NCBI GenBank assembly: GCA_963677485.1
Contig: OY781964.1
Coordinates: 1 to 64,000 of the forward strand
Reading direction: 5' to 3'
DNA: 64,000 bases
DNA from: Armatimonadota bacterium
GTDB lineage: Bacteria; Armatimonadota; HRBIN16
The translations under genes and the position numbers were made by a program. Within the stretch, counting starts at the first letter, position 1. Every line of letters starts with the position of its first letter. This document shows positions 1 to 11,249 of this stretch, piece by piece. The notes beneath the pieces were generated by a model. It did no database searches. It saw only the letters and a list, made by a program, of their open reading frames with translations, and was not told the origin of the DNA.

Positions 1-390
1 TTGGGTTAGCACTTCCTGCAATTTTTGGTAACCCTATGGCTAGTTCTGAGGCCTTAAAGTCATTCGACACTTCAAGGAAATACCAGTATGAAGTGAGTAT
101 GGACCGTTATGATAAGACTAAGGCTAGAGCTCTTGCTGGATTCGAAGCTAGTATGGCTCAGTATAAAGCACAGGAAGACGCTTACAATAACTACCAAGAG
201 GACGAAGCTACAGCTAAAGCTACGGCTCAGTGGGCAGTTGAAACAAGAACTAAAACCCTTCAAACATCCATAGCTCAAAAGTCTGATGAGATAAAGAAGA
301 TACAAGATAACTACGACAACCAGCAGGACATTGGGTATAAATATGACTCTTTAGGGAGTAGATCCGAACAGGCTGCCACTTCCCTACATA

Positions 391-2050
391 TTAGTATCTT
401 ACCAACCATATTTTGAACACGGTGTATAGAATATTCTGATATTACGCACCACACAAAGCGTTAGGCACAACGATCTGGCGAATAGCAAGTGCTGCCATGA
501 TGATACGCTTGCCAAGTGCAGTGAGGTAGTATTTGTAGCGTTTACCGCATTTTTTAACGAGCCGGAATACTCGGCATCGCTTGATGAAGTATGATATCTG
601 AGAGCTGGACATCTGCGGTAAGGCTTTTTGAAGCATACGGTTTGTGATCCCGCTGATGCATCCCTCTCCGCGAGCAAGTGCAATGAGACATTCCAAATCC
701 TTCTTGAGGAAAAGGTTGAATCCTCGATACGAGCGATGATCACGGGTGGTCGAGGTCGCGATTTTGATGATCTGATGTTCACCATCGCTGTTGTCATCAA
801 GGGCGGAAAGAAAGTCAAGATATCTGTTGTTTGCAGATAATAACAGTTCCCTCAATGGAGGAAGGCTGTAGATGGTCTTTTGCATAGGGGCGTATTTAAT
901 CTCAGTCGTCCCATCATGATGTTCTACCTCACGGTAGTGTTTAAATTCAGAGACGTCATTCACAGTCGTCTCGATACGCAAGATTATCCCTTGCTTGTCA
1001 TACATTTTGATAGAAGCCCATCCCATGTAGTGTTTGATGCGCGTGCCTTGTATGCGGCGATCGAACTTGTAGTCAGTGCCGATCTCAGCGAGTGTTCGCC
1101 CATCAAGTTTCTTACCAAGAAACATCGCGATAGACTCTGGCGTTACCGTATGTATCGCTGTTTTGACTAGATTATCGTAGATGGCTTTGAGGTCTTCGGC
1201 GCGTTTGAACACGATGTCTGTAGCATATTCCACCTGCATTAGCGACCAATGATATGAATTGTCAGCAAGCCGTATCACGGGGCAATACATTCTGGCAAAT
1301 GCATCCAGCGCATGGTGCAGCTTATCAGCAGGAAAAGCGTCTGCCAGCCTCTGAGCACAGCTAAAGTCGTCGATTTTTACAAAGGCGTTGTCCAGTGGAG
1401 TGAAAACTACTCCCTCGGATTGAAGGCAATGCGCGAGATAATTGTGTCCATTACAATAGAATTGCAGACGGAAGGGCACCCAGGTCGGAACTCGTAGATA
1501 GCACAGTCCAAACTCTGCATCGATGAAATAGAAGTAGTAATGAAGACACTTGGTCTCCTTGATATTCAGCCGGGTTTTGTGGGTAATCTTGTCGTGCCAC
1601 GGGGTGTATGCAGGACATTTTTCCAACACTGAGAATATGTGGACGAGACCGGGGTGACACCCTCGACTACTAATGATCTCTTTGATGCGGTCTTCTTTTC
1701 GAAATGAAGAGGCACGGCGTATATACTCAATTTCAATGCTGTTGGTAACGGCAAGGCGTTCCGCATTGGCTTTGATCTCATCTCGTAGAGGTTCGGCAAA
1801 TTCCTTAGGAAAGTCAAATAGCCTGATGTTGCGTTGATGAAGATAGATGCCCATTCCGTCGCTATGACACCAGCCTGGGATTGTACCGGTGATAACTATG
1901 CGGTCGAAGCATGAATATACCCCAGCTATCTGCTTTGCATAGCGTTCTTGAAGTGATGTCATTCTGGGCAACCTCACGAAAGGGTGTTTGAATGTATATT
2001 ACGTGGCGAATGCAATCATTCCTTTTTTGGTTGCGGCTAAGCCGCCTTAG
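391..2050 (-). mobile_element. IS-like element, copy 1 (TTAG-bounded, no TIRs)
   Basis: Matches 42861-44520 from ttagtatctt to gccgccttag(g); flanks differ; interrupts a gene. Confidence 0.95.
442..1962 (-). CDS. Putative transposase of an unclassified family with C-terminal winged HTH (type I recall being annotated as MarR regulator)
   Basis: Only long ORF of the repeated element; likely start ATG 1962 after GAGG (track start 1977); motifs FDRIVITG, KCLHYYFY, SIKMYDK-x4-LRIETT, YKYYLT. Confidence 0.8.
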   Translation of the reverse strand: MTSLQERYAKQIAGVYSCFDRIVITGTIPGWCHSDGMGIYLHQRNIRLFDFPKEFAEPLRDEIKANAERLAVTNSIEIEYIRRASSFRKEDRIKEIISSRGCHPGLVHIFSVLEKCPAYTPWHDKITHKTRLNIKETKCLHYYFYFIDAEFGLCYLRVPTWVPFRLQFYCNGHNYLAHCLQSEGVVFTPLDNAFVKIDDFSCAQRLADAFPADKLHHALDAFARMYCPVIRLADNSYHWSLMQVEYATDIVFKRAEDLKAIYDNLVKTAIHTVTPESIAMFLGKKLDGRTLAEIGTDYKFDRRIQGTRIKHYMGWASIKMYDKQGIILRIETTVNDVSEFKHYREVEHHDGTTEIKYAPMQKTIYSLPPLRELLLSANNRYLDFLSALDDNSDGEHQIIKIATSTTRDHRSYRGFNLFLKKDLECLIALARGEGCISGITNRMLQKALPQMSSSQISYFIKRCRVFRLVKKCGKRYKYYLTALGKRIIMAALAIRQIVVPNALCGA

Positions 2051-2956
2051 GATGGCTCAGTTGGCAAATACAGACCCAGCCCTTAAGGATCTATTTGATA
2101 ACAGATTTGACAGTCCGGCAGATAGGGTAGCTAAGATGCAGGCAGGGATGGCAAAAGCTGCTGCTATGGATGCCACAGGTGATAAGGATGGAGCATTATA
2201 TATAAGAACTGCCATTGACTATCTGAAGGGTACTTCTTACGCTACCACAGCTGGTGGAACTTACACTCAGAAGGATAGGCAGATAGATATACAACTGAAG
2301 ACGCTTGATGAAAGGATACGAAATAATAACGCAACTCAGGCAACTCAAGCAGCCAAACTAAAACTTGAAGCTGGCAGACTTGCTGTCGCCGCACAGAATG
2401 CTCAGACCAGCGCCACCAGTGCCAACAATGCTCAGTATTATCGACAACTAAACTATACCCGACAGGTAGCTAACTCACTAAAGATTAGTCTTAGGGGTGA
2501 AACCAAGGATTTGACAACTAAAGAGGTGCTACTTCAGAAACAACTTACAGCTGCTCAAGCTATGGTGGCATTACCGGGTATTGATACAGCTACGAAAGCA
2601 ACTTATCAAGCACAGATTAACTCCTTAACAGCACCAATTGGGAAAGACGGTACAGGCGGAAAACTAACATTAGTGCAATCTAAACTGGCTGCTAACCGAG
2701 AACGAACCACCCAAATAGACCTGCAGTTAGGTACGATGGGTGGGATTGTGGAACCTAAACCTGCGCCTGCATCTACAGGTAGTAAGGATGGTTCTGGTAG
2801 TGGTTCTGGAAAGAAACCTACTAAGGGTAAGGGAGATAAAGGAAGCACTACCACACATACCAGTAATGGCACTGTTACAGTCCAAACACCTTCCACAATG
2901 ACAGATAAAGATAGACAGACTGCAATAGAACAAGGCGACCCAAGGCAGGGAGAGTA

Positions 2957-5900
2957 ATGAACTTTACATTTACAGCTAAAGACGGAACCTTATACCACGC
3001 TGACTCCTACGACCTTGGAAGTGCTGCAATGGCTGTAAGGGAAGCTATGGGTGGTAAACTCCCTTATATTGATAAGGGTGGGAATGAACTATATGGTCTA
3101 GCCGCTCAGCAAGCAAGACAGTTCGATGTCGGATCGATGGGAGAGGCTGTCACTAACCAGAACCAGCGAAACCTGCATCTACAACACCTGTCAAGTATGG
3201 GAATCACTCCAGTTGTAGCGAAACCTGACACTGGAACTACTCAATCGATGAGGGCACCTAATGCAGGTGATAGCGGTCCGATTGCTGGTGGACTTCTGGG
3301 ATTATCCAAGGAGATGGTCAAGCGAGGTCAGCCTGCACAGGAAGTTAAGCAGCAGTATTTAAAAGCTACTGCTCCTGTTCCTAGTGATAATGTGATTGGT
3401 GGAATAGGTAACGCAGTAACATCTGCCAAGAATCTCACGCAGATAGCTGGAGCTGTTGCTAAAGGTGCAGTGGATGCTAAGACCCCATTAGGACTACAGG
3501 ATTATATCGCTGGCGGGGCTATGGCTGGACCTAATGCTATAGGTTACCTTGCTTCAAATGCAGTTGCCGGTAAAGTGTTACCTGCGGATACATACAGTGA
3601 CTTCTGGCACGCCACAGCTCCTAATATGATGGCTACACTTGATACAGAGACGGGGTTTAAGGCTGGACTTGCCAAGTCAGTGCTATCAATAGCATCACCT
3701 GAAGGTCTCAGTATGCTTGCTTCTGGTCCATTAGCTATAGGAATAATGGCAGCATCTGCTCCAAGTATGATAGGTCACTCCATAGAGAAGGCCAAGACTG
3801 ATCCAGCCGGAGTCGCGGGTGAGGTAGTTGGTTTTGGTGTTCCACTTCTACTTGGAATAGGCAGTAAGGTACATTCTGATTTAGTAAATGAGGGTGCTAT
3901 AAGGTATGGATTACGCAACCTTGGAAATCTATCAGAACCTGATATGGTGAAACTTGCTGATGGAGTGAATGCCAGTAAGAAGTTTGGCAATGTAGACCCA
4001 TCACTTCCACTTCCTGAAGCACTTCAGAACGTCACCCCATTGAATATCAATAAGCCCACCCTCGCAGATTCAACCTATTTGAAAGCTGCCAAGTCTACCC
4101 TTTCCAACCTGATTGTCAAGACACCTGACGGCTATGACGTCACCTTAATTAACGGTAAGAAGATAGGGATCAGATATGGTGCAGACCAAAGCCAGACCTC
4201 CATCGTCGATCCAGTGACCGGCGAAAAGCTGATGGGTTATGATGATGCGATATGGCTGAAAGACGGTGCCGGTGACCCTGAGTTAAAGCACGAGCTGTTC
4301 CACACTGTGGTTCGTCTTGGCTTAGTTCCACCTGAGCTAATCGATGCAGGTATTAAGCGCTACGGCTCTGTTGAAGAGATGGCTAAGCAATATGAGAATT
4401 ACCAGTCACCTTCTGGCCCACTTGGATACCTGAAGCAACTTGGTGGTAAGCTGGTGGATTTAGTCAGCGACAGGGGTAAGTTGGCGTTCACTCGTATGGC
4501 TGAGCGCATTGACAATATGGATGCATTCGCAAGACCTTCTGAAGCAATGGCACCAATGGAGCCTGCTTACTATGGCGGAAAGAAAGCCAATGCAACGGCA
4601 ACGGATGTGGTCAACAATAATGAAATCGCTAAAGTAATACGGGATAACTTCGCGCCTGAAGACATTACGAAAGATAACCTCCCAGACGTCAGGGATTTGG
4701 TCACTGATGAAGTGGTTCGCAAGTCCAGGCAGCTTTCTGATGATCCTGCACTTAGGCAAAAGCAGATTGAAGTGATTAGAAATAATGCTGAAAGGCTGAT
4801 TTCAAGAAAGCTTCGAGTTGATACTACAAGTCCATCTGATTCAATTATTAATGATACGGACCTAACCTATTTTGTAGATGATCGTACAAATCTAAAGGAC
4901 CTGACTGATGTAGTAAACGGGGACCCTTCCAATGTAGACAAATTGGTTAGTGCAGTATTAGATTTTCACCAAATACCTGCTACTGATGAAATAAAAGCAT
5001 CTCCTAGAAGCAGAATTAATACAATTGTAACTAAACTCCACGATGACTATATTAGTTCCGATAATGCGGAACAACTTAATGCTCCAATAAAGGTTAAGGA
5101 TTTTGCAGGAAATGTTGAGAATAAGACGTTACCTGTTGATGCTGGAATAGCGTCACCTAAGAAGAGTGTGGGACGAACCATAATAGACTTTCTTGATGAA
5201 CACTTCAATGATGAGCACGCACCTATGCTCTCAGCACTTAAAGAATATTCGTCAAGGGAAGTGGACCCCGTATTTAAACTATTTGGAGTTCACAAACCTA
5301 CACTCAACCTTCTTGAAGTGGACTTGCGCCTGTACTCTGGTAGTGCGGCTCGTACAAATAAAGAAATTGCTTGCTGATCAAGGTGCTAATGTTGCGGACT
5401 TCAAGGCGGCTGATGAATACCTTAAGACCGGTGAAGAAGCAGTATTAACAGACGGGTCTAAAGAGGTTCTTAGCTTCTTAACATTTCAGGTTAATAGATA
5501 CTTGCGGGAATCTACACTGGTGAATACCAAAGAGTTCAAAGCGAGCGGTATTAATCCACTCACTAAGGATAGCGTATGGAATAAAGATAACTTTACCCAG
5601 TCACTTGAAGACATTCGTAGGTATGCAGATATCAAAGATCCAATCACTTCACTTTCTGAGGTATTCCGTGGACTAATGAAGGCTGGTGAACTGGCTGACC
5701 GTGAAGTGATGAAAACCAAAGTCATCACTTTAGCTGGTGAAGCTGGAATGGCTACTGAGATATCTAAGCAGAGATACATAGCTATACAGAATATGTCTAA
5801 CAGAAGGTCAGGAACTGTTGAAAGTGTTGACAATTTAAGTGTAGTCATTGTCAACGGAAAGCCAAGATATATATTAGCTGCTCCTGAGATTACAAGTTCA

Positions 5901-7736
5901 ATCAGAATTATTGAGAACCTTACACCTGAAACACAAGGTTTTATAATAAATGGATGGCAATCTCTAATAACTAAAACTAAAAGGGCTATAGTAGCTATGC
6001 CTGACTTTATGCTAAGAAACTTTACAAGGGATATTCAAGACAGGTTTATTAGAGGCAGCAAGCCAAACTTCAAGACTGATCTCACACTATCTGAAGCTAA
6101 TGCTGTTAATAGACTTACAGGTGGGTCTACCGAAGGTTACTATATGCCAAGTTCTGAAGAGTATCTTGCTCATATGGATGAAATGCTTGGTCTGGTAAAA
6201 CAAGGTAAGGTGTCAATGTATATGGGTTGGCTTAGGAAAATGAGTGGTAAGGTAGAGGAGACGAACAGGGGAGCTGAGTTTGCAAACGCTAGTTCTGAGA
6301 TGACAAAAAGACTAGATACTGAAGGTAATTCAGAATTAAAAATTAAATCAGACGCTGAACTTGAGGCAGACGCTAATGCCCTTTCATCTCAACCTACAGA
6401 AAAACTCAATGAACTACTAAATGATTTATCTACTGAGGATGAATCTGAAAATCCACTTCTACATAGTTTAACAATGGCACAGAGGGATGAGTTCTTAAAA
6501 GAGGCATATGTAGATGATGCTTCACGTATTAATGCAATTAACATACTATGGAACCTTAAGAGAGACTTTAAGGTAGGTACAGTATCTAATAAGTATGGTT
6601 CGTATATGGCACGTAACCTAATGGACTTTGCCAAGGGTGGAAAGACAACAAAGTATTTAGATAAAAACTGGGTACCCTTCCTTAACCCATCAACTCAAGG
6701 TCTAATTAGAACTCTGAAATATGCAAAGTCACATCCAACAATGGCCTTTGCAAGATTCTCAGCAGTCATTCTCCTACCAAGATTCTTAGCTGCATTCATA
6801 AATAAGGCTAATGGCAACGAAGCAGAGTATAAAGACCTTCCCACTTGGCGCAGAGAGGCAGGAATTAATATAAAGGTGGGGAACCACTGGCTATATATTA
6901 CACAACCCTTTGAGAATGCTGTGTTTGGTGGAATAGCAGAGAGGTTGATATATTCTGCAATAGATCATAACGTAGAAAGCAACTTTGTAGGAATAAAACC
7001 CAGTGATTTAGTTTTAAACCTACTAGGTGGCAGCGATAGTACGGTATTAGGTCCTATGAAGGCTATACCTGAAATTATGTTCAATCAAAGCACTCTCACT
7101 GGTGCAAAAATCATACCAGCAAACCAAGCAGAGTTGAAAGTCTCTGAACGTACACAGTCCTATTCAGGGGTTGGAACTGACCATCCAAAGATTGTCGGTG
7201 GCACAGAAACTGCATCATTGGGTTCAAAACTCATTGGTAAAGTCTTGCCAATGGATCCAAAAGCAATTGATTACTTCATTAGTAACCAATTTGGAGGATT
7301 AGGTAAGTTCGTGGTTGGATTGCAGACTGGTAAATACGACCGTCAACATATACTGAACACCTTAGCTAACAACTTTGGACTTAAGGATGTGGCAGGCCAT
7401 AGTTCCGCTATTCTATCAGCAGCCTATGACCAAATCTACGGGTATGGACTAAACAAGAACGACCCTATGATTACAAATCCAGCCTATCAAGTGCTGCAAT
7501 CTCAACTCGATGACCACCTTAAAACAGTAGTTCAATTGCGAAAAGAATACAAAGACCCTGCAACCATACCAGCCCGCAAGACAGCGATAGTCAACTTGTT
7601 TCGGGCTGAAGGGACTATGCTGTATGCTATTGGCAAGCAGATGATCGCAATCAAACATCCTGCACCTGTACAGCCAGGCAAAACCACACTTGGACCTAAG
7701 GATTCAGAAGGGTTTCAGGAAGTGAAAACAAGGTAG
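2957..7736 (+). pseudogene. Large phage polyvalent/internal virion protein (HExxH zincin-like motif, C-terminal LPD38-like domain), split by a frameshift near 5355
   Basis: ORF 2957..5377 has LKHELFH...EEMA; ORF 5193..7736 (+1 frame) has LPTWRRE...ITQPFE resembling LPD38 and no convincing start; removing one A from acaaata joins them. Confidence 0.65.
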
Positions 7737-7842
7737 CCTGCACAGATGTATATGATGGCAAAAGTGATGGTGAACCTCAAGAAGTAGCCACATTAACTCC
7801 AGTAATTCGCCTAACCCTGTGTAAATTGAAACAGGTAAAAGT

Positions 7843-7874
7843 ATACCCTCGATAGGAATATCGAGGGTATTTTA
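7843..7874 (+). terminator. Rho-independent terminator
   Basis: ataccctcgata-ggaa-tatcgagggtat followed by T-rich tract. Confidence 0.8.
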
Positions 7875-7995
7875 TATTTCTACCAAATTGGTGTAAATAA
7901 CGTGTGAGTTCTAGCATGATTGGGGGTATACTTACATCAAGACGCGATATGAAAGGGTATCATCCTGCATCGCGTATTACAAAGGAGTTCAGCCC

Positions 7996-9535
7996 ATGAA
8001 TCGGTTAGTCGCTTTAGTGTCATCAACCTGGCTTGCATTGCTCTTTCTGATAATGGCAATGCCAGTATACGCAGCAGCACCTACAATCACTTCATTCGAC
8101 CCAGCATTCGGAAAAATCGGCGACATTGTTTCAATCACAGGGACAGGCTTCACTCCAGCTTCTGTTGCTAGATTCAACGGAAAGCTAGTCACCCAACTTA
8201 CCGTAAATAGTGTTACATCCTTATCTGCGAAGGTGCCTGCAGGAGCAACGTCTGGCCCCATCACAGTCACTACAGTCGATGGGACGGCTACCAGTGATGT
8301 ATATTTTTTCGTAGCACCAACCCTTACATCATTCACACCTACTAAAGGACCAGTCGGAACTGAAGTCACGATAACCGGTACGAACCTCGCACCGGATACA
8401 ACCGTGAAATTCAATGGCATAGCTGCCACATTCTTCGCCGTTATAAACAGCACTACCATTAAGGCTACAGTGCCTAACAATATGACAACAGGTAAGATTT
8501 CTATATCAAACACTTCAGGGACAGCCACAAGCCTTACAAATTTCTATGTTGAACCGACAATTACTTCATTCTCACCAACAACAGTCGCTATTGGCACAGT
8601 AGTAACCATAAATGGAACTAACTTTTTAGGCGCAAGCCAAGTGAAGTTCAACAATGCGACAGCTTCATCATTCACAGTGGTAGATGATACGAAGATAACT
8701 GCTACGGTGCCTATGGGTGCTAATAGAGGACATATAATGGTCACTACTCTCGGAGGCACGGCCAACAAGCTCAGGAGTTTTTAGTTACGTTCCTACGATC
8801 ACTGGGTTCACTCCAAAGAATGTAATACCTGGAGAGTCCTTCACCATCTACGGTACCAATTTCATAGGAACAACTGCTGTAGGTACATATTATGGTAAAG
8901 ATGCATATGAATCGATTATCGAGGATATGCTACAGTTCAATGTAGTCAACGACACTACTATCACCGCCACCATTCCTGTATGGACCGGTAGCTGGGTTGA
9001 ACCACATTGGCCCTATTTCGATATCCCGTCTGATGGTAAGATATTCTGTTGCAGGATAAATGTTTATGCACCTGGAGGGAAGGTTACTAACCCAACGGCG
9101 TTTAGCGTCCATGTGCCAAAAGTTATTACTGCCTCCATACATACAGGTGCAAACTATGTTGGCCCACTCAGCGGGATCACCCTTAACTACGCACTAAGTG
9201 GCACCAGTTCATACTCAGGTACTCTCACGCTAGATAATAGTGGAAAAGGGAATATCAACGCACTGGCTGGAACATACAACCTCGAACTAACAGGAAGCCC
9301 ATGGTTGAGGAGGAAAATCACGAACATCGATGCGAGCAATGATACAACGGTAAATGTATCCCTGGCTAATGGAGACACCAACGGTGACGGTCAGGTGAAC
9401 CTGTTCGACTTCGTTGTGTTGGACATGAACTTTGGCTCCTACACCCCCATGGCTGACCTTGACGGTGATGGCCAAGTGAACCTGTTCGACTACACGATCA
9501 TCGATCAGAACTTCGGAGCTCAAGCTGATCAATAA
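7996..9535 (+). pseudogene. Secreted IPT/TIG-repeat protein with C-terminal dockerin-like domain, frameshifted at ~8764
   Basis: RBS AAGGAG, signal peptide, repeated PTITSF.P units; removing one A in gccAacaagc gives ATSSGVFSYVPTITGFTP... continuing into 8927..9535, which ends in two D.GDGQVNLFD repeats. Confidence 0.8.
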
Positions 9536-9555
9536 CCAGCGACAACAGACCCACA

Positions 9556-9581
9556 ACCCCCTCGTAAGAGGGGGTATTTTT
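9556..9581 (+). terminator. Rho-independent terminator
   Basis: accccctc-gtaa-gagggggt then attttt. Confidence 0.8.
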
Positions 9582-9630
9582 GTACCATAATTCCCTCATA
9601 ATCCTAATGATATATAGGAGGAACCTATAT

Positions 9631-10275
9631 ATGAGAATGGATTTGACTGGACATGTATATGGACGATTGACGGTGCTCAGCATGGATCCTGATAGCTACT
9701 ATTGTTCATGTCAGTGTGAGTGTGGAAATGTGAAGAGTGTACTTTACTTCAGTTTGACATCAGGCCGAACTATGAGTTGTGGATGCTTAAACAAGGAACT
9801 GAGGCTGCAAGGAAAGCAACACAAAACCCATTCAAACGAATATAAGGCATGGACGAACCTCAAGCACCGGTGTTTGAATCCCAATTCCCCAAAGTTCAAG
9901 GACTATGGCGCACGAGGCATTGGAATATCTGACGAATGGATCGACTTTGAGGCCTTCTATAAAGACATGGGAGACAGACCTGGAAAACAATACTCCATAG
10001 ACCGGATAGACAATGACGGTCCCTACAGCAAGGATAACTGCAAGTGGTCTACCTCAAAGGAGCAATCCAACAATAAGCGTACGAATGTGCTCGTATCCCA
10101 TGCTGGAGCGATGGTTACATTGCGTGAACTCAGCGACATCACTGGGATCAAATTCCGAACACTTCAGACCAGATATTACCTTGGATTGACGGGTGATGAA
10201 CTTGTAAAGCCAGTCAGGACTTCTTGTGATTCCACGACACACGATCATGCAAAGCCTGAAGAACAGACGGCCTGA
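9631..10275 (+). CDS. Phage HNH-like endonuclease / DNA-binding protein
   Basis: AGGAGG upstream of ATG 9631; CQCECG, SCGC, YGARGI, SIDRIDNDGPYSKDNCKW motifs of a common phage family. Confidence 0.8.
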   Translation: MRMDLTGHVYGRLTVLSMDPDSYYCSCQCECGNVKSVLYFSLTSGRTMSCGCLNKELRLQGKQHKTHSNEYKAWTNLKHRCLNPNSPKFKDYGARGIGISDEWIDFEAFYKDMGDRPGKQYSIDRIDNDGPYSKDNCKWSTSKEQSNNKRTNVLVSHAGAMVTLRELSDITGIKFRTLQTRYYLGLTGDELVKPVRTSCDSTTHDHAKPEEQTA

Positions 10276-11080
10276 TCCCTATGTAAGTCTGCGTGGTTGA
10301 AAGTGAAGCATGGCCTAACATCTCTCTCACAGCTTCAAGGTTAGCTCCGCCTTCAACCCATGCGGTTGCAGCAGCACGCCGTAACATGTGTGCAGCGATA
10401 TGCACTCCTGCTTGAGAACTTCTACGCTTGAGCATACATTGAATGGCATTACGAGTGATTGGATCCCCTGTCAAATTGGTGAACAAGCATGTTGAACTCA
10501 CCTCACGTGCTGAGACGTATTTCGCCAGTTTGATCCTAGTTTCGTTAGTCAGAAACACGAACCTATCCCTTCTTCCTTTAGTTTCTGAAAGGAGCATCTG
10601 ACCAGTTCTGATCGCGGATAGGGTCATCCCTTCAAGTTCACCAACCCTGCATCCTGTATCAAGGATGGTCAGGATGATGGCAGCATCTCTCATGCCCATC
10701 TCATCTTTGCCACACGTTGAAAGTAGTAAATGAATGTCGGTGTCTACTGGTGGGACCTTCTGCGTCCTGTCAACCCTTGGTGCCTTGATTTTGAGGACAG
10801 GGTTTCTATCCAGCAGTTCCTGTTCTACGAGCCAGTTACCGAAAGCTCGGACTGCACGGTATAAGCCATGCATGGATATCGGCGCTACACCCGTGACTCG
10901 GTACGAGTTCATGAGTGAAGTGACGGAATATGTTGTGAACTGATCTATCGTGATTATCGATTCTGTAAAGTGTTTCAGCATACTATCATAGAATGTGATA
11001 GATGGCTTTCTAAGCCCTCTGGCTCTACAATCAGTGAGGAATTGATCAACTAGGAATTTGGTAGTCAATAGGTCGCTCAT
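10214..11080 (-). CDS. Tyrosine recombinase / phage integrase
   Basis: TGCRVGEL, HMLRR, LGH...TQTY catalytic motifs; adjacent to att site. Confidence 0.92.
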   Translation of the reverse strand: MSDLLTTKFLVDQFLTDCRARGLRKPSITFYDSMLKHFTESIITIDQFTTYSVTSLMNSYRVTGVAPISMHGLYRAVRAFGNWLVEQELLDRNPVLKIKAPRVDRTQKVPPVDTDIHLLLSTCGKDEMGMRDAAIILTILDTGCRVGELEGMTLSAIRTGQMLLSETKGRRDRFVFLTNETRIKLAKYVSAREVSSTCLFTNLTGDPITRNAIQCMLKRRSSQAGVHIAAHMLRRAAATAWVEGGANLEAVREMLGHASLSTTQTYIGIRPSVLQALHDRVSWNHKKS

Positions 11081-11169
11081 TTTGGATTTACGATATAGTG
11101 CTATATACAGCGTGTACTATGAGTTTAACGCGCTACAGGCGGTGGTATTGTGGATGATTTGTGTAATCG

Positions 11170-11217
11170 TGACTCTTAATCAATGGGTCGGGAGTTCGAG
11201 TCTCCCACGGTCCACCA
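11170..11217 (+). other. att site: 3' half of tRNA-Lys(CTT)
   Basis: tgactCTTaatca anticodon arm, gggagTTCGAGTctccc T-arm, acggtccaCCA end; no D-arm or 5' acceptor strand upstream. Confidence 0.85.
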
Positions 11218-11223
11218 TTTTTT

Positions 11224-11249
11224 CACCGCGCACCCAGCGCGGTGTTTTT
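11224..11249 (+). terminator. Terminator of the original tRNA gene
   Basis: caccgcgc-accca-gcgcggtg-ttttt. Confidence 0.8.

Larger units (their letters stand above)
36..2957 (+). pseudogene. Phage coiled-coil, Ala/Gln/Thr-rich protein (putative DNA-ejection/virion protein), interrupted by the 1656-bp element
   Basis: ORFs 36..416 and 1992..2957 share a frame; deleting 395-2050 gives tcc cta cat att agg atg gct cag (SLHIRMAQ), one ORF of ~421 aa. Confidence 0.8.
1..11217. mobile_element. Right arm of a prophage integrated at tRNA-Lys(CTT); left part outside the window
   Basis: Visibly AT-richer than DNA after 11400; co-oriented virion-like genes, HNH gene, tyrosine integrase next to a tRNA 3'-half duplication. 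Confidence 0.85.

Noticed and set aside
5340-5380. Programmed ribosomal frameshift
   Set aside because: Needs a +1 shift and no canonical slippery heptamer is present; an indel is simpler
11130-11217. Complete tRNA-Lys gene
   Set aside because: No 5' acceptor strand or D-arm; treated as att duplication
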